A stretch of DNA of 64,000 nt from a virus, in IMG/VR virus record IMGVR_UViG_3300008114_003234, positions 1 through 64,000 of that record; one strand, 5' to 3'. A program made the translations under genes and the position numbers. Position 1 is the first letter of the stretch; each line of letters starts with the position of its first letter. The notes below the pieces were generated by a model, which did not search any database, was not told the DNA's origin, and worked only from the letters and a program-made list of their open reading frames with translations. This document shows positions 1 through 9,800 of this stretch, piece by piece.

Positions 1-3000
1 GGTGGCCCTCAAGGATTCACCGGTCCAACTGGTCCTACTGGATTTATAGTTGTAAATAACTATGCAACTGGTGATACCGGACCACAAGGATTTACTGGTC
101 CACAAGGTCAAACCGGTCCTCAAGGAAATACAGGAGTTCAAGGTGAAACTGGTATTCAAGGTCTAACAGGACCTCAGGGAAATACTGGACAAGGTCAAAC
201 CGGACCTCAGGGAAATACTGGAGTTCAAGGAGAAACTGGTATTCAGGGTCTAACCGGTCCTCAAGGAAATACAGGAGTTCAAGGTCAGACAGGACCTCAA
301 GGAAATACAGGAGTTCAAGGAAATACCGGTGTTCAAGGATTAACCGGACCACAAGGATTCACTGGTAATCAAGGTCAAACTGGTCCTCAAGGTAATACTG
401 GTATTCAAGGTAATACAGGTATTCAAGGAGAGACAGGACCAATTGGTGAACCAGGACTAGATGGTTCTCAAGGATCAACTGGTTCTCAAGGTAATACAGG
501 TCTACAAGGATTTACAGGTCCCGCCGGATTTAACGGAAATCCAGGTCCTAACTGCTTAATATACCAACTTGGTAATTACACAATAACTGGTCAGATAGGA
601 TTGACAGACTCAAGTGCTCCGGTCAACTCAAGTCTTCTTGATGTAACTAATATTGGTTTAAACTGGACATCTGTTCAAAATTATAATGGACTAACATTCT
701 CAAATCAGAATGCAACTTCGTGGGTCAACTCAATATTAACTGATTACTTAATACAAGTAACACAGGTTGGCACACCGTCGAATTATGGTATTTATGAGGT
801 TGATACTTTTACACCAGGTACTGCTTGGAACGAATTTGGTGTTACTGCTATTTCAGGAACTGGATCATTAACACCAGGACTATATACAGTTTGTTTCGTA
901 CCAAGAGGAAATACAGGTCCTCAAGGATTTACAGGATTCCAAGGCAACACTGGCCCACAAGGATTTACAGGATTCCAAGGCAACACTGGCCCACAAGGAT
1001 TTACAGGATTCCAAGGTGAAACTGGACTTCAAGGATTTACTGGACCACAAGGATTTACCGGATTCCAAGGTGTCACTGGTCCACAAGGATTTACAGGTGA
1101 AATTGGATTTACCGGTCCACAAGGTCCTACAGGTCCTAACTATGTAAATATAACTAAACTACACTGGCAAAATGATCAACAGACTTCTTATACACTTGTT
1201 GCAGAAGGAGCTACTGGTCCTATAGTATATTACTATAATACAACTAGCTTTGATAGTCCAGCTAACATAAATGTTTATTTAGATCCTTCAGATGCTATTA
1301 ATAAGAACTTCAAATTTATATTACAAGATAATTTACTTGTAAATGTTGGAGTAACTTGGAGTGTAATTCATGGTACACCAGGTGGTGGTTCTAATATCAA
1401 ACTCATTGAGTATGAAACTGGTCATATACCACCACAGACGATAGACTTCTATTGGTATGAACAAGACCAGCGTTATATAATTGAAAAACACAATTTAGAA
1501 CAACCGTTTAATGATTCAATTGTTGGAAGTCCATCAACTTTATTCGGTCATGATTTTTATTCTCATAAGAGAGTTTTAAGAGCTAAGTTTCCTCAGCCTT
1601 CTCAAGGTATTCAACCAGATATTTACGCGGTATTTGATACTACATCTATGTCAGATGAGATTATTGCATCAGCCTCGCAAGCACTAGATATTTGGTTTGC
1701 AAACTATATAGCATCAGGAAACAACGGTAGAATGTTTGTAGTTCCATCACCGGCTTCAGATCCATCAATCATATCAGGTCCAAGTCCATACACTACAGGA
1801 GAAAGATGGTTGGCGATACCAGAAATGATTAAAAATGGAGTTCTTGATTGTGTCGCGAATAACATTGGAGCAACTTACTCACCGTATGTATCAGTATCTA
1901 ACGGACTAGGTGGTGTTACTAAAACGTATGTGTCAGCAGATGATAACATAAGTGTTGCTTTTAGTGGTTACTGGCAGTCACCTGACGATTTAATATTAAT
2001 TAGTTTCTTTGATGAGAGTGGCGATGCTTATCAGTGGGGCGCATTCTTTTTACCTGACCAATCCAATTACGGCCATCCTGGTAATTCAATCTCACCTTAT
2101 GGACCTCAAGATAATTTCCCATTGGATCAACCTTTCGGACCATATATAAGAGACTATGAGTATTTTGTTGGTACATACTCACCAGTTACCGGTAATCCAG
2201 CCACTAAATTTAATTCATTTAAAGGCCTGATATACCCAGTTGTAAAAGGTAATAGTGGTTTTAATGGGACAGATAATATACTTAACGGTGTTAGAGCGGG
2301 TTTTGTAATTAGTACTCTTGCTGCTTGGGCAGGAGCGACTTTATCAGAAGCTGAGATAGATGGTTTGGAAGAATTTGGAAACCAATTACTATCGGGTATC
2401 AATCACGATGGCACAGTTGGAAAAATTGGAGCCGACTTTAACGGTATTAATAATAACATTAATTCTGGTTGGGATTCTGGTTGGGAAAGAATAAATGTAG
2501 AGCCACTTTTGACTGTAAATCCATATAGTGTTTTAACAGATTCAAATGGCGATGCTGGATTGTGGCAACACGGATGGATTGTATCACTAGATAAGAGACA
2601 ATTCAATCCGATAACTAACACACCAAGAGAGGTCTTTGAACCATCAACATTCACACAAGATATTAATCAATTACTTGGAGTCACTGTGGTTGGAATTACT
2701 GATCCATTTGTAGCAACATTCCCATCTGGTTCTATAATATTTGTAGAAGAAGCATTTTTAACAGTAAATGATACACTTGTATTTACCTACTCAGGTATAA
2801 ATGGTTCAGTATCATTTGGTCTACAACAAGCAACTGTAGATAGTTTCAATGGAGCTATAATACCAACTTTACCAGCAATGAGTACATTTGGTCTAACAGA
2901 TACTTATGAAATATTCTTCCCACTTAGAGACACTTCTAATTTGGAACTATATCAAGGATATACAAGAGTTTCTGATTCACCAGTTAGTATAATTAAAATA

Positions 3001-6000
3001 ACTGAACCAGCACAGGCCAAAATTCAATTTACCAATGACCTTCTACTCTATAGTGGTGAAGTGACACTTCATATACCTTATATTGTAGATAATCCTGGTA
3101 ATAATTTCACAAGACCTCAAGGTCCTACTGCTTATCCATCTGCTAGACCAGTGTTTGATAATATTCAAAAATCGAAAGATGGTATTTTAAGACTACATTG
3201 GGAAAATGACCAAATTGTGAATTATGGATTAACTGCAGGTGAACAACCAAATACGGTTTACTATTACATTGATGACTTTTCAACTGGTCCTTATCAATCT
3301 CCATCTGCGAGTGTTGATGTAACGATAAATCCCTGGGTTGGATCTTGGACAGCCAATGATGATGGAATTAATAGAAACTTTAAGTTTATAATTGGTGAAG
3401 GAAATAGAGTAGAACCAGGAGTGACTTGGTCAATTCTAATAAAAAATCCACCACCATCTGTCGCCTCATCGACAAAAATCGAATATGGTCCTGGAATAAT
3501 AGAACCACAGGCTATAGAATTCTTATTTACAACAGCCTCTGCAAATGGTTACGAAATAACCAAATACATGCTTGAACAACCTCTAGACGACGTTGAAACA
3601 AATTACATTGCAGTAGGTAGGGACTTTAACTGGACAAAAAGAAATACAGGTTTCTTTGAATCGGATTCAGTAGTAGCTCCAGGAGAAGGATGTGCTACAA
3701 TCTTCCCAGCCGGAGCTATATTATTCGTAAACGAGATATGGGCAAGTTGTGAAGGAATGACAACACCTTCACCGGAAGATATTACAATCTCATTCGGATT
3801 AGCGGAACCAACAATAAATGGAGCTTACGGATCACAAATAACAAACTGGGATACTCCACTTCTAACGTTTGGAATCAGTGACAGTAGAAAAATGTTATTT
3901 ACTGAGAGATCATTAGCTGACTTTGCTACAGGAAGTGTTTATTACACACAATCTCCAATTGGTATTGTGAAGCTTGCACAACCTGCAATGTTAGTAATTT
4001 CAGTTGTTGGTGGTAATTTATCAGCTAATACTTTAATAAAATGCTTTGTACCATACATTGTTGACCAAGCCAGTGTTAATGCAATTGACATAAACAGTGT
4101 ATCTTTACCAAACACATCTGTTGCAGTTAATGTAAATAATATAACAAAATTACATTGGGAAAATGATCAACAGACTAGCTATACTCTATCGTCTGGTGGA
4201 GCAACTGGACCAACAGTATATTATTATAATACAAGTCCATTTGATTCTCCTGAAAATATAACAGTAACTCTTGATCCAGATTCAGGCCCTTACAAAAACT
4301 GGAAATTTATTATACAAGATCATCTAAGAGTGAATGTTGGAGTTACTTGGAGTGTTGTACACAATGGTGATAAATTGGTTGAATATAGAACTGGTAATAT
4401 TGCACCACAAGAATTAGAATTTATCTGGTCAGATACTCATAATTCATATTCTATAACTAAAAAGAATTTAGAACAACCATTTAGCGATAAGTTAGTTGGA
4501 AGCAGTTCATTTGGACATGATTTCTATTCTCATAAGAGGATGTTAAGAGCGTCTTATAAATATAATCCTATAGATGTTGTCTTTGTAATTGACTATACTG
4601 GTAGCATGGGGACTCCGATTGAACTGGTGAAAGATGGTATAGAAGATATAGTAGACTATATTAGAGAAGCTAGTAATGATAACTATAGATTAGGACTGGT
4701 TATTTACGATGAAAGCGGGGCGCCAACACCCGCGTACAACTCTAGTCCAACATATTCGTCTTTACCAGCTGGTTTAAGATACGTTGGACAATCTGACTTT
4801 TTAGGAGTTGCAGGTGGTTCAACATACCAATATATTACTTGTATGGCAACCATGAGTTTTAATAATTTTAACTTTTTTAGCCAGCAGTTATCGTACATTG
4901 GACCTACCGCTAACGGTGGATTTAGATTAGGTAGTGGAGGTGCAGGTCCTGAACCCGGTGACTTAGCAATTGATATGGTTTGTAATTTAACAGGAAATTT
5001 TGCCACCGTAGGATTAGAAAGTAATGGATACATAGCAGGTAGTTTTAGAAATAATGCCAATAAAATAATAATACACATAACAGATAATATACCATCTTAC
5101 GATTGTGATCAGTGGGCAGATGAAGTTAAAGATAACATAAATAATGTTATCATACCTGGTTTAATTGGTCAAGAAATTAAAGTAGTATACGCCTACACAA
5201 CTTCAATTGAGCCTATAAATACTGGAACTGGATCTTATGATTCCATGGCCTTACAAACGGGTGGCGTATCAGTTAATAGTGATATTGGTGGCACTTGGCA
5301 AAGTTTAAACAGCGGGGTTAGAAGTGCTCTTGAACAATTAACACCAAGACAGGGTGTTAGTGCAATATTCCCGGAAGGTTCTATAATTTTCTTAGAAGAA
5401 GCATTTTTGACAGTCAATCAAAAAATTGACATTCCTGAAGGAATCACAGGTACTTTTTCGATAGGTTTATCTGAAGCTACCAATAACGGATTAACAGGTA
5501 GTTTAATACCGACTAATCCAAATATAACCAACTACGGTCTTGATGATTCTTCAGATATAATTTTCCCTAAAAGGAGCATATCAACCGTTCCAATTAATCA
5601 GGGTGATCTGTTAATTGGTGACTCTCCTATAAGTCTTGTGAAACTGACAAAGGCAGCGATGCCAATTATTTCATCAGCTTGGGTTTTTGACCAAGACGGT
5701 GATATTACGGTACATATTCCGTATATGGTAGATAATCCACCATTTGACTCAGTTCAATATCCATATGGACCTACGGCGACAATATATGCAAGACCTGAAA
5801 TTTTAGGTTATAGTCCACAATTTAGTGGAACAAATAACAATCTACCAGCTCTTCCAGTACCTAAGATTCATTTGAATAAGGGCTCACAACTCATAGACGT
5901 ATTTAGTTACTCAACAAACGGAATACACGATACTCAGGCAATATTACATAGTTACCCAACACTTATAAATCTCGATTTCACAAGTGACCACTTTGCAAAT

Positions 6001-6708
6001 CCAAATAATAGAATATTTATAGAAATGGCTATGTTTAAGAGAAAATCTAATAAAAAGAAGGGCATTATTATTACCAGATCTGCTTCGAAATGGGTTGTTC
6101 CTTCAAAACACATAGCAGGAGTGGGTCAAGATACAAATCTGCCTTGGCTATCAACAGGTAATTTCTGGTCAAGAGGCGGTAGTCACTCTGTTTATAATTT
6201 TGCCACAAACACGACTCAAATTTTAGGAATAGACAGACCGAATCACTATGAAGTATATGGATACACCGTAAGTAATTATCCAATTTGGCAATATTTCACA
6301 GGAAGATTCGAATATGCTGATGTTTTATATAGAGATTCTAGTATGTTTGATCCAAATAATCCTACAACTAGTTTATCAACTATAAATACTCTTATTCCAA
6401 TATCTGGAAAAAGAGGTAGTGGTAAGTTCAAGCTTACAACAAGATATTCTTATAGCTCGATGTATACTCCTGTTTATTGTGCATTTAGATATATACAATA
6501 TTTCCCCAACGCTAATGGAGGTAAAGGTCAGATATTATCTGGTCCATTCTCCAAGACCTTGAAGATTACTGGACTTTATCACCCATTTAACTCTGATTAT
6601 CTTACCAGTGCTCAATTCGGATATCCAGTAGCAAATATTTCAGGGGATTGGAATGGTAATAGTGGATTTAGAAGTTTAAAATGTTATTGGGAGAGTAACC
6701 TTCCATAA
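1..6708 (+). CDS. Giant collagen-like fibre/adhesin protein (5'-truncated) with three repeated globular modules and two vWA-type domains
   Basis: Frame 1 is open from base 1 ([11 protein letters not shown]...), so the gene starts before the window and not at TTG 601. Gly-X-Y tracts at 1-540 and about 905-1135; module LHW(Q/E)NDQ..Y.L at about 1147, 3181 and 4141; vWA motif DVVFVIDYTGSM at about 4570 and a degenerate DIYAVFDTTSM at about 1618. Confidence 0.8.
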   Translation, partial: GGPQGFTGPTGPTGFIVVNNYATGDTGPQGFTGPQGQTGPQGNTGVQGETGIQGLTGPQGNTGQGQTGPQGNTGVQGETGIQGLTGPQGNTGVQGQTGPQGNTGVQGNTGVQGLTGPQGFTGNQGQTGPQGNTGIQGNTGIQGETGPIGEPGLDGSQGSTGSQGNTGLQGFTGPAGFNGNPGPNCLIYQLGNYTITGQIGLTDSSAPVNSSLLDVTNIGLNWTSVQNYNGLTFSNQNATSWVNSILTDYLIQVTQVGTPSNYGIYEVDTFTPGTAWNEFGVTAISGTGSLTPGLYTVCFVPRGNTGPQGFTGFQGNTGPQGFTGFQGNTGPQGFTGFQGETGLQGFTGPQGFTGFQGVTGPQGFTGEIGFTGPQGPTGPNYVNITKLHWQNDQQTSYTLVAEGATGPIVYYYNTTSFDSPANINVYLDPSDAINKNFKFILQDNLLVNVGVTWSVIHGTPGGGSNIKLIEYETGHIPPQTIDFYWYEQDQRYIIEKHNLEQPFNDSIVGSPSTLFGHDFYSHKRVLRAKFPQPSQGIQPDIYAVFDTTSMSDEIIASASQALDIWFANYIASGNNGRMFVVPSPASDPSIISGPSPYTTGERWLAIPEMIKNGVLDCVANNIGATYSPYVSVSNGLGGVTKTYVSADDNISVAFSGYWQSPDDLILISFFDESGDAYQWGAFFLPDQSNYGHPGNSISPYGPQDNFPLDQPFGPYIRDYEYFVGTYSPVTGNPATKFNSFKGLIYPVVKGNSGFNGTDNILNGVRAGFVISTLAAWAGATLSEAEIDGLEEFGNQLLSGINHDGTVGKIGADFNGINNNINSGWDSGWERINVEPLLTVNPYSVLTDSNGDAGLWQHGWIVSLDKRQFNPITNTPREVFEPSTFTQDINQLLGVTVVGITDPFVATFPSGSIIFVEEAFLTVNDTLVFTYSGINGSVSFGLQQATVDSFNGAIIPTLPAMSTFGLTDTYEIFFPLRDTSNLELYQGYTRVSDSPVSIIKITEPAQAKIQFTNDLLLYSGEVTLHIPYIVDNPGNNFTRPQGPTAYPSARPVFDNIQKSKDGILRLHWENDQIVNYGLTAGEQPNTVYYYIDDFSTGPYQSPSASVDVTINPWVGSWTANDDGINRNFKFIIGEGNRVEPGVTWSILIKNPPPSVASSTKIEYGPGIIEPQAIEFLFTTASANGYEITKYMLEQPLDDVETNYIAVGRDFNWTKRNTGFFESDSVVAPGEGCATIFPAGAILFVNEIWASCEGMTTPSPEDITISFGLAEPTINGAYGSQITNWDTPLLTFGISDSRKMLFTERSLADFATGSVYYTQSPIGIVKLAQPAMLVISVVGGNLSANTLIKCFVPYIVDQASVNAIDINSVSLPNTSVAVNVNNITKLHWENDQQTSYTLSSGGATGPTVYYYNTSPFDSPENITVTLDPDSGPYKNWKFIIQDHLRVNVGVTWSVVHNGDKLVEYRTGNIAPQELEFIWSDTHNSYSITKKNLEQPFSDKLVGSSSFGHDFYSHKRMLRASYKYNPIDVVFVIDYTGSMGTPIELVKDGIEDIVDYIREASNDNYRLGLVIYDESGAPTPAYNSSPTYSSLPAGLRYVGQSDFLGVAGGSTYQYITCMATMSFNNFNFFSQQLSYIGPTANGGFRLGSGGAGPEPGDLAIDMVCNLTGNFATVGLESNGYIAGSFRNNANKIIIHITDNIPSYDCDQWADEVKDNINNVIIPGLIGQEIKVVYAYTTSIEPINTGTGSYDSMALQTGGVSVNSDIGGTWQSLNSGVRSALEQLTPRQGVSAIFPEGSIIFLEEAFLTVNQKIDIPEGITGTFSIGLSEATNNGLTGSLIPTNPNITNYGLDDSSDIIFPKRSISTVPINQGDLLIGDSPISLVKLTKAAMPIISSAWVFDQDGDITVHIPYMVDNPPFDSVQYPYGPTATIYARPEILGYSPQFSGTNNNLPALPVPKIHLNKGSQLIDVFSYSTNGIHDTQAILHSYPTLINLDFTSDHFANPNNRIFIEMAMFKRKSNKKKGIIITRSASKWVVPSKHIAGVGQDTNLPWLSTGNFWSRGGSHSVYNFATNTTQILGIDRPNHYEVYGYTVSNYPIWQYFTGRFEYADVLYRDSSMFDPNNPTTSLSTINTLIPISGKRGSGKFKLTTRYSYSSMYTPVYCAFRYIQYFPNANGGKGQILSGPFSKTLKITGLYHPFNSDYLTSAQFGYPVANISGDWNGNSGFRSLKCYWESNLP
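922..1016 (+). repeat. Perfect 36-bp tandem repeat (2.6 copies) in collagen tract
   Basis: caaggatttacaggattccaaggcaacactggccca at 922-957 and 958-993, partial copy at 994-1016. Confidence 0.95.
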
Positions 6709-6710
6709 AA

Positions 6711-6718
6711 AATATATA
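6711..6718 (+). promoter_or_regulatory. AATATATA putative phage late-type promoter element
   Basis: The same octamer recurs 4-20 nt upstream of many start codons (see findings); similar to the T4 late promoter TATAAATA. Confidence 0.55.
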
Positions 6719-6745
6719 GAATTAATAATATGGATGAAAAAAGAA

Positions 6746-6846
6746 AGGGAAACCGAAGTTCATCGGGTTATACTACTTGTGTAACCGAAGTACATCGGGT
6801 TATACTATTTGTGTAACTGAAGTACATCGGGTTTCCCTACTTTTTT
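6746..6846 (+). ncRNA. Putative structured RNA: three 32-nt-period repeats forming a symmetric three-way junction closed by a 9-bp stem and followed by a U tract
   Basis: Outer stem agggaaacc (6746-6754) / ggtttccct (6830-6838); two internal 8-bp hairpins ggttatac-N5-gtgtaacy; three linkers gaagtwcatcg; then acttttttc. Confidence 0.55.
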
Positions 6847-6870
6847 CTGAATTAAATAAATAAATACTGA

Positions 6871-9800
6871 ATGGCACACTATCCGAAAATATTTGATTTT
6901 ACAAGCACACCGATTGATGCGTGCGAAATTGCATGGGGAACAGGAGGCGGTATTACATCTTCAAATTACTTTGTATTTGATTGCAGTAGAATCAACTTAG
7001 TAATGGGTGGAACTTCAAGTTTGAATTCTGCTACACAAGGTGCGTATCTTAGTGCCATAATTGGTGGAGTTTGTAATACAATTATTAGCTCAACATCATC
7101 TTCGATTATAAGTTCTGGGTATTCCTGTATTGGTAATCCGTATATTTCGAATACAGTAAGAAGCTATAGCTCTATTATTGCAAGTAAGAATTCTATGATT
7201 GGAGCATACTCTAACTACTCTGTAATAATTGGTGGAACTGGATCAGTTACCGATGGGAGCACTACAACTGCCACTATACTCGGATCTTTTCAATCAGGTT
7301 TAGTAGATTCTTATTGTAGTGCGATTATTAATTCACAAAAGGCCTTGCAGGTAGGAACAATACAATCAACAATTATTGGTGGTATTAATAACGAAATAGT
7401 GGGTTCGTATAACTCGTTAATCTTAAGCGGTCACGGATCAACAGTTAGTTTTTCAACATCTTCAAATATAATATCATCCGGATCTGCTAGTATTATAACA
7501 TATAGCAATATATCAGGCATTTTAAACTCAAAAGGTTCTATAATTTGTTGCTCACAATATTCGACAATCATATCTGGAATTAATTCTCAAATTTGTAACT
7601 CTAGAGCTTCTGTGATACTTAATAGTGAGTCGATGTTACCAGGTAGATCATACACTAATATTTATGGCACAGTATCTAATAATAAAATTGTAGGTGGATA
7701 TGGTAACATACTTGCTGGTGGTAGATATTGTTTTAACGAAGAGCTTAATTATCTTTATAATTTCAGTAATAAAATCTATAATAGTTGTCTTAGTGTGATA
7801 CTCACAGGATGTGGTCAATCTCTTACGTCATCTAACTCTTCAATTATACTTGGTTCCTGTAATTGTGGAACATGTATATATTACTCTTCATTTTTATCTG
7901 GTAGAGAAAGTTGTTTATCTGAAACTTTGTCCTCCAGCATGATATCCTCAGATCAAAGTGCTATAAATTGTTCCCCCAATAGTAACATCATAGGATCGAT
8001 TTTATCGAGAATTGAAAAAGGTACAGGCTATTTTCCAATAACAAGTACAATAATCGGAGCCTGTAGAAGTTGTATTTCTATTAGTGCACAAACCAGTTTG
8101 ATACTTGGTGGTTACAAAAATTGCATGTGTGAAATCGGAACACCAACTGAGAGAGGAACTGGTTTACTAATTTTAGGAGGTTCCAACAATACAATAAAAA
8201 ATGCTAATAATCAAAAACTAGATCACTCAGCAATTATATCGTCGTCTGGTTCTACTATTTGCAATTCTAATACTTCTCTTATTTTAGGCGGAACAGGTCT
8301 TTCAATATGTAACGAAAACAACGTAGTATATGTTCCTACCTTAAAAATAAACTCTGTTACGCAATCAGTAAATTCGAATAAAGTACTTATTTGGGACTGT
8401 GACAGTTGTGTGAGGTTCAGTACAATTAATGCCGAAGGGATTATTGATTTATGTGAAATTGCATGGGGAACAGGTATAGGCATAACTTCATCAGACCACT
8501 TCAGATTTGACTGCTCTAATGGTATGTTACTTCTTGGATGTAACACATCACCATTTTTTACGATAGGAACTGGTTCAGCATGGGGTATAGTGTCTGGGAC
8601 GTGTAACCTTTTGCGCGATACCGGTAACGGTGCAATCATAGGTGGTTGTAAACAACGTGTTTGCTCTGCTAATTTTTCAACAATTATAGGCGGAAGAGAT
8701 AACTCAATAGAGTTCATTACATCAGACTCTGGAATATTTTCTTCTTATAAAGGCATGATTGCAACATTATCAAGTTACTCGGCTATTGTAGCTGGTAGAT
8801 ATAATTGTCTTATATCCGCGAAAGCTTCAGTGATTTTAGGAGGAAATTGTAATAGAATTATAAACCCATCTGATAGAAGTAGCTGTTACTCATCTATTAT
8901 TGGTGGTTTTTGTAATACAATAGGTACATCATCTTGTGAATCTTCTATTATAGGTGGGAGATGTAACTTTTTAGGATCACAGTCAACTCAAACTGCAATA
9001 GTCGGTGGACTATGCAACTGCATTGTCTGGACATCTTGCTATGCAGGTATATTTGCTGGGTTAGCTAACAGAATTTGTTTCGGCAGCATGGGCTCTGCGA
9101 TAATGGGAGGTCTTCAAAACTTTATAGATTACAATTCCAACTGGGCATCCATTACAGGAGGTATTTGTAATCGCATTTGCCGAGGTTGTGCTTCATCAAT
9201 AGTTGGTGGATATTGCAATGTTCTGATTACTAATACTGGTAATAGGCCATTTTCAGCTATAGTAGCAGGTGAGAAGAATCAGATTGGCACTCAATCAGTA
9301 TCGACTAGTATTATAGCTGCTTGTAATAGCATAATACAGTGTGGAGTAACATCTTCTTCAATTTTAAGTGGTATCAGTAATTGTATTCAGAGATGTGTTT
9401 GCACAAGTGCAATTGTAGCAGGTTCACTAAATATAGTTTCAACACAATCATCACAATCAGTAATCATTGGAGGCGCAGCAAACACAATACAAACTGGAGT
9501 AACCGCATCATCAGTAGTTTCTGGGTTTTTCAATAGAATTCAAAACGGTGTTACGAACTCAGTAATTCAAGGCGGATCATCGAATCTTATTCAGTGTAAC
9601 ATATCAGGATCAATAGTAAGTGGAGGTCTTTGTAATATACTGCAGTTCGGAGTAACGGCCTCATCTATTTCAGCTGGAACTTTCAACATTATTTCAACTC
9701 AATCTAGTAATTCATCAATAGTTGGCGGTATTAGAAATACTATACAATGTGGTATAACAGGTTCTGTGATAATTGGTGGATCTAATAGTACAATTCAACT

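Noticed and set aside
6751-6833. Mini CRISPR array
   Set aside because: The 13-nt intervening segments are nearly identical and pair with the repeats; no cas genes are recognisable in the window.
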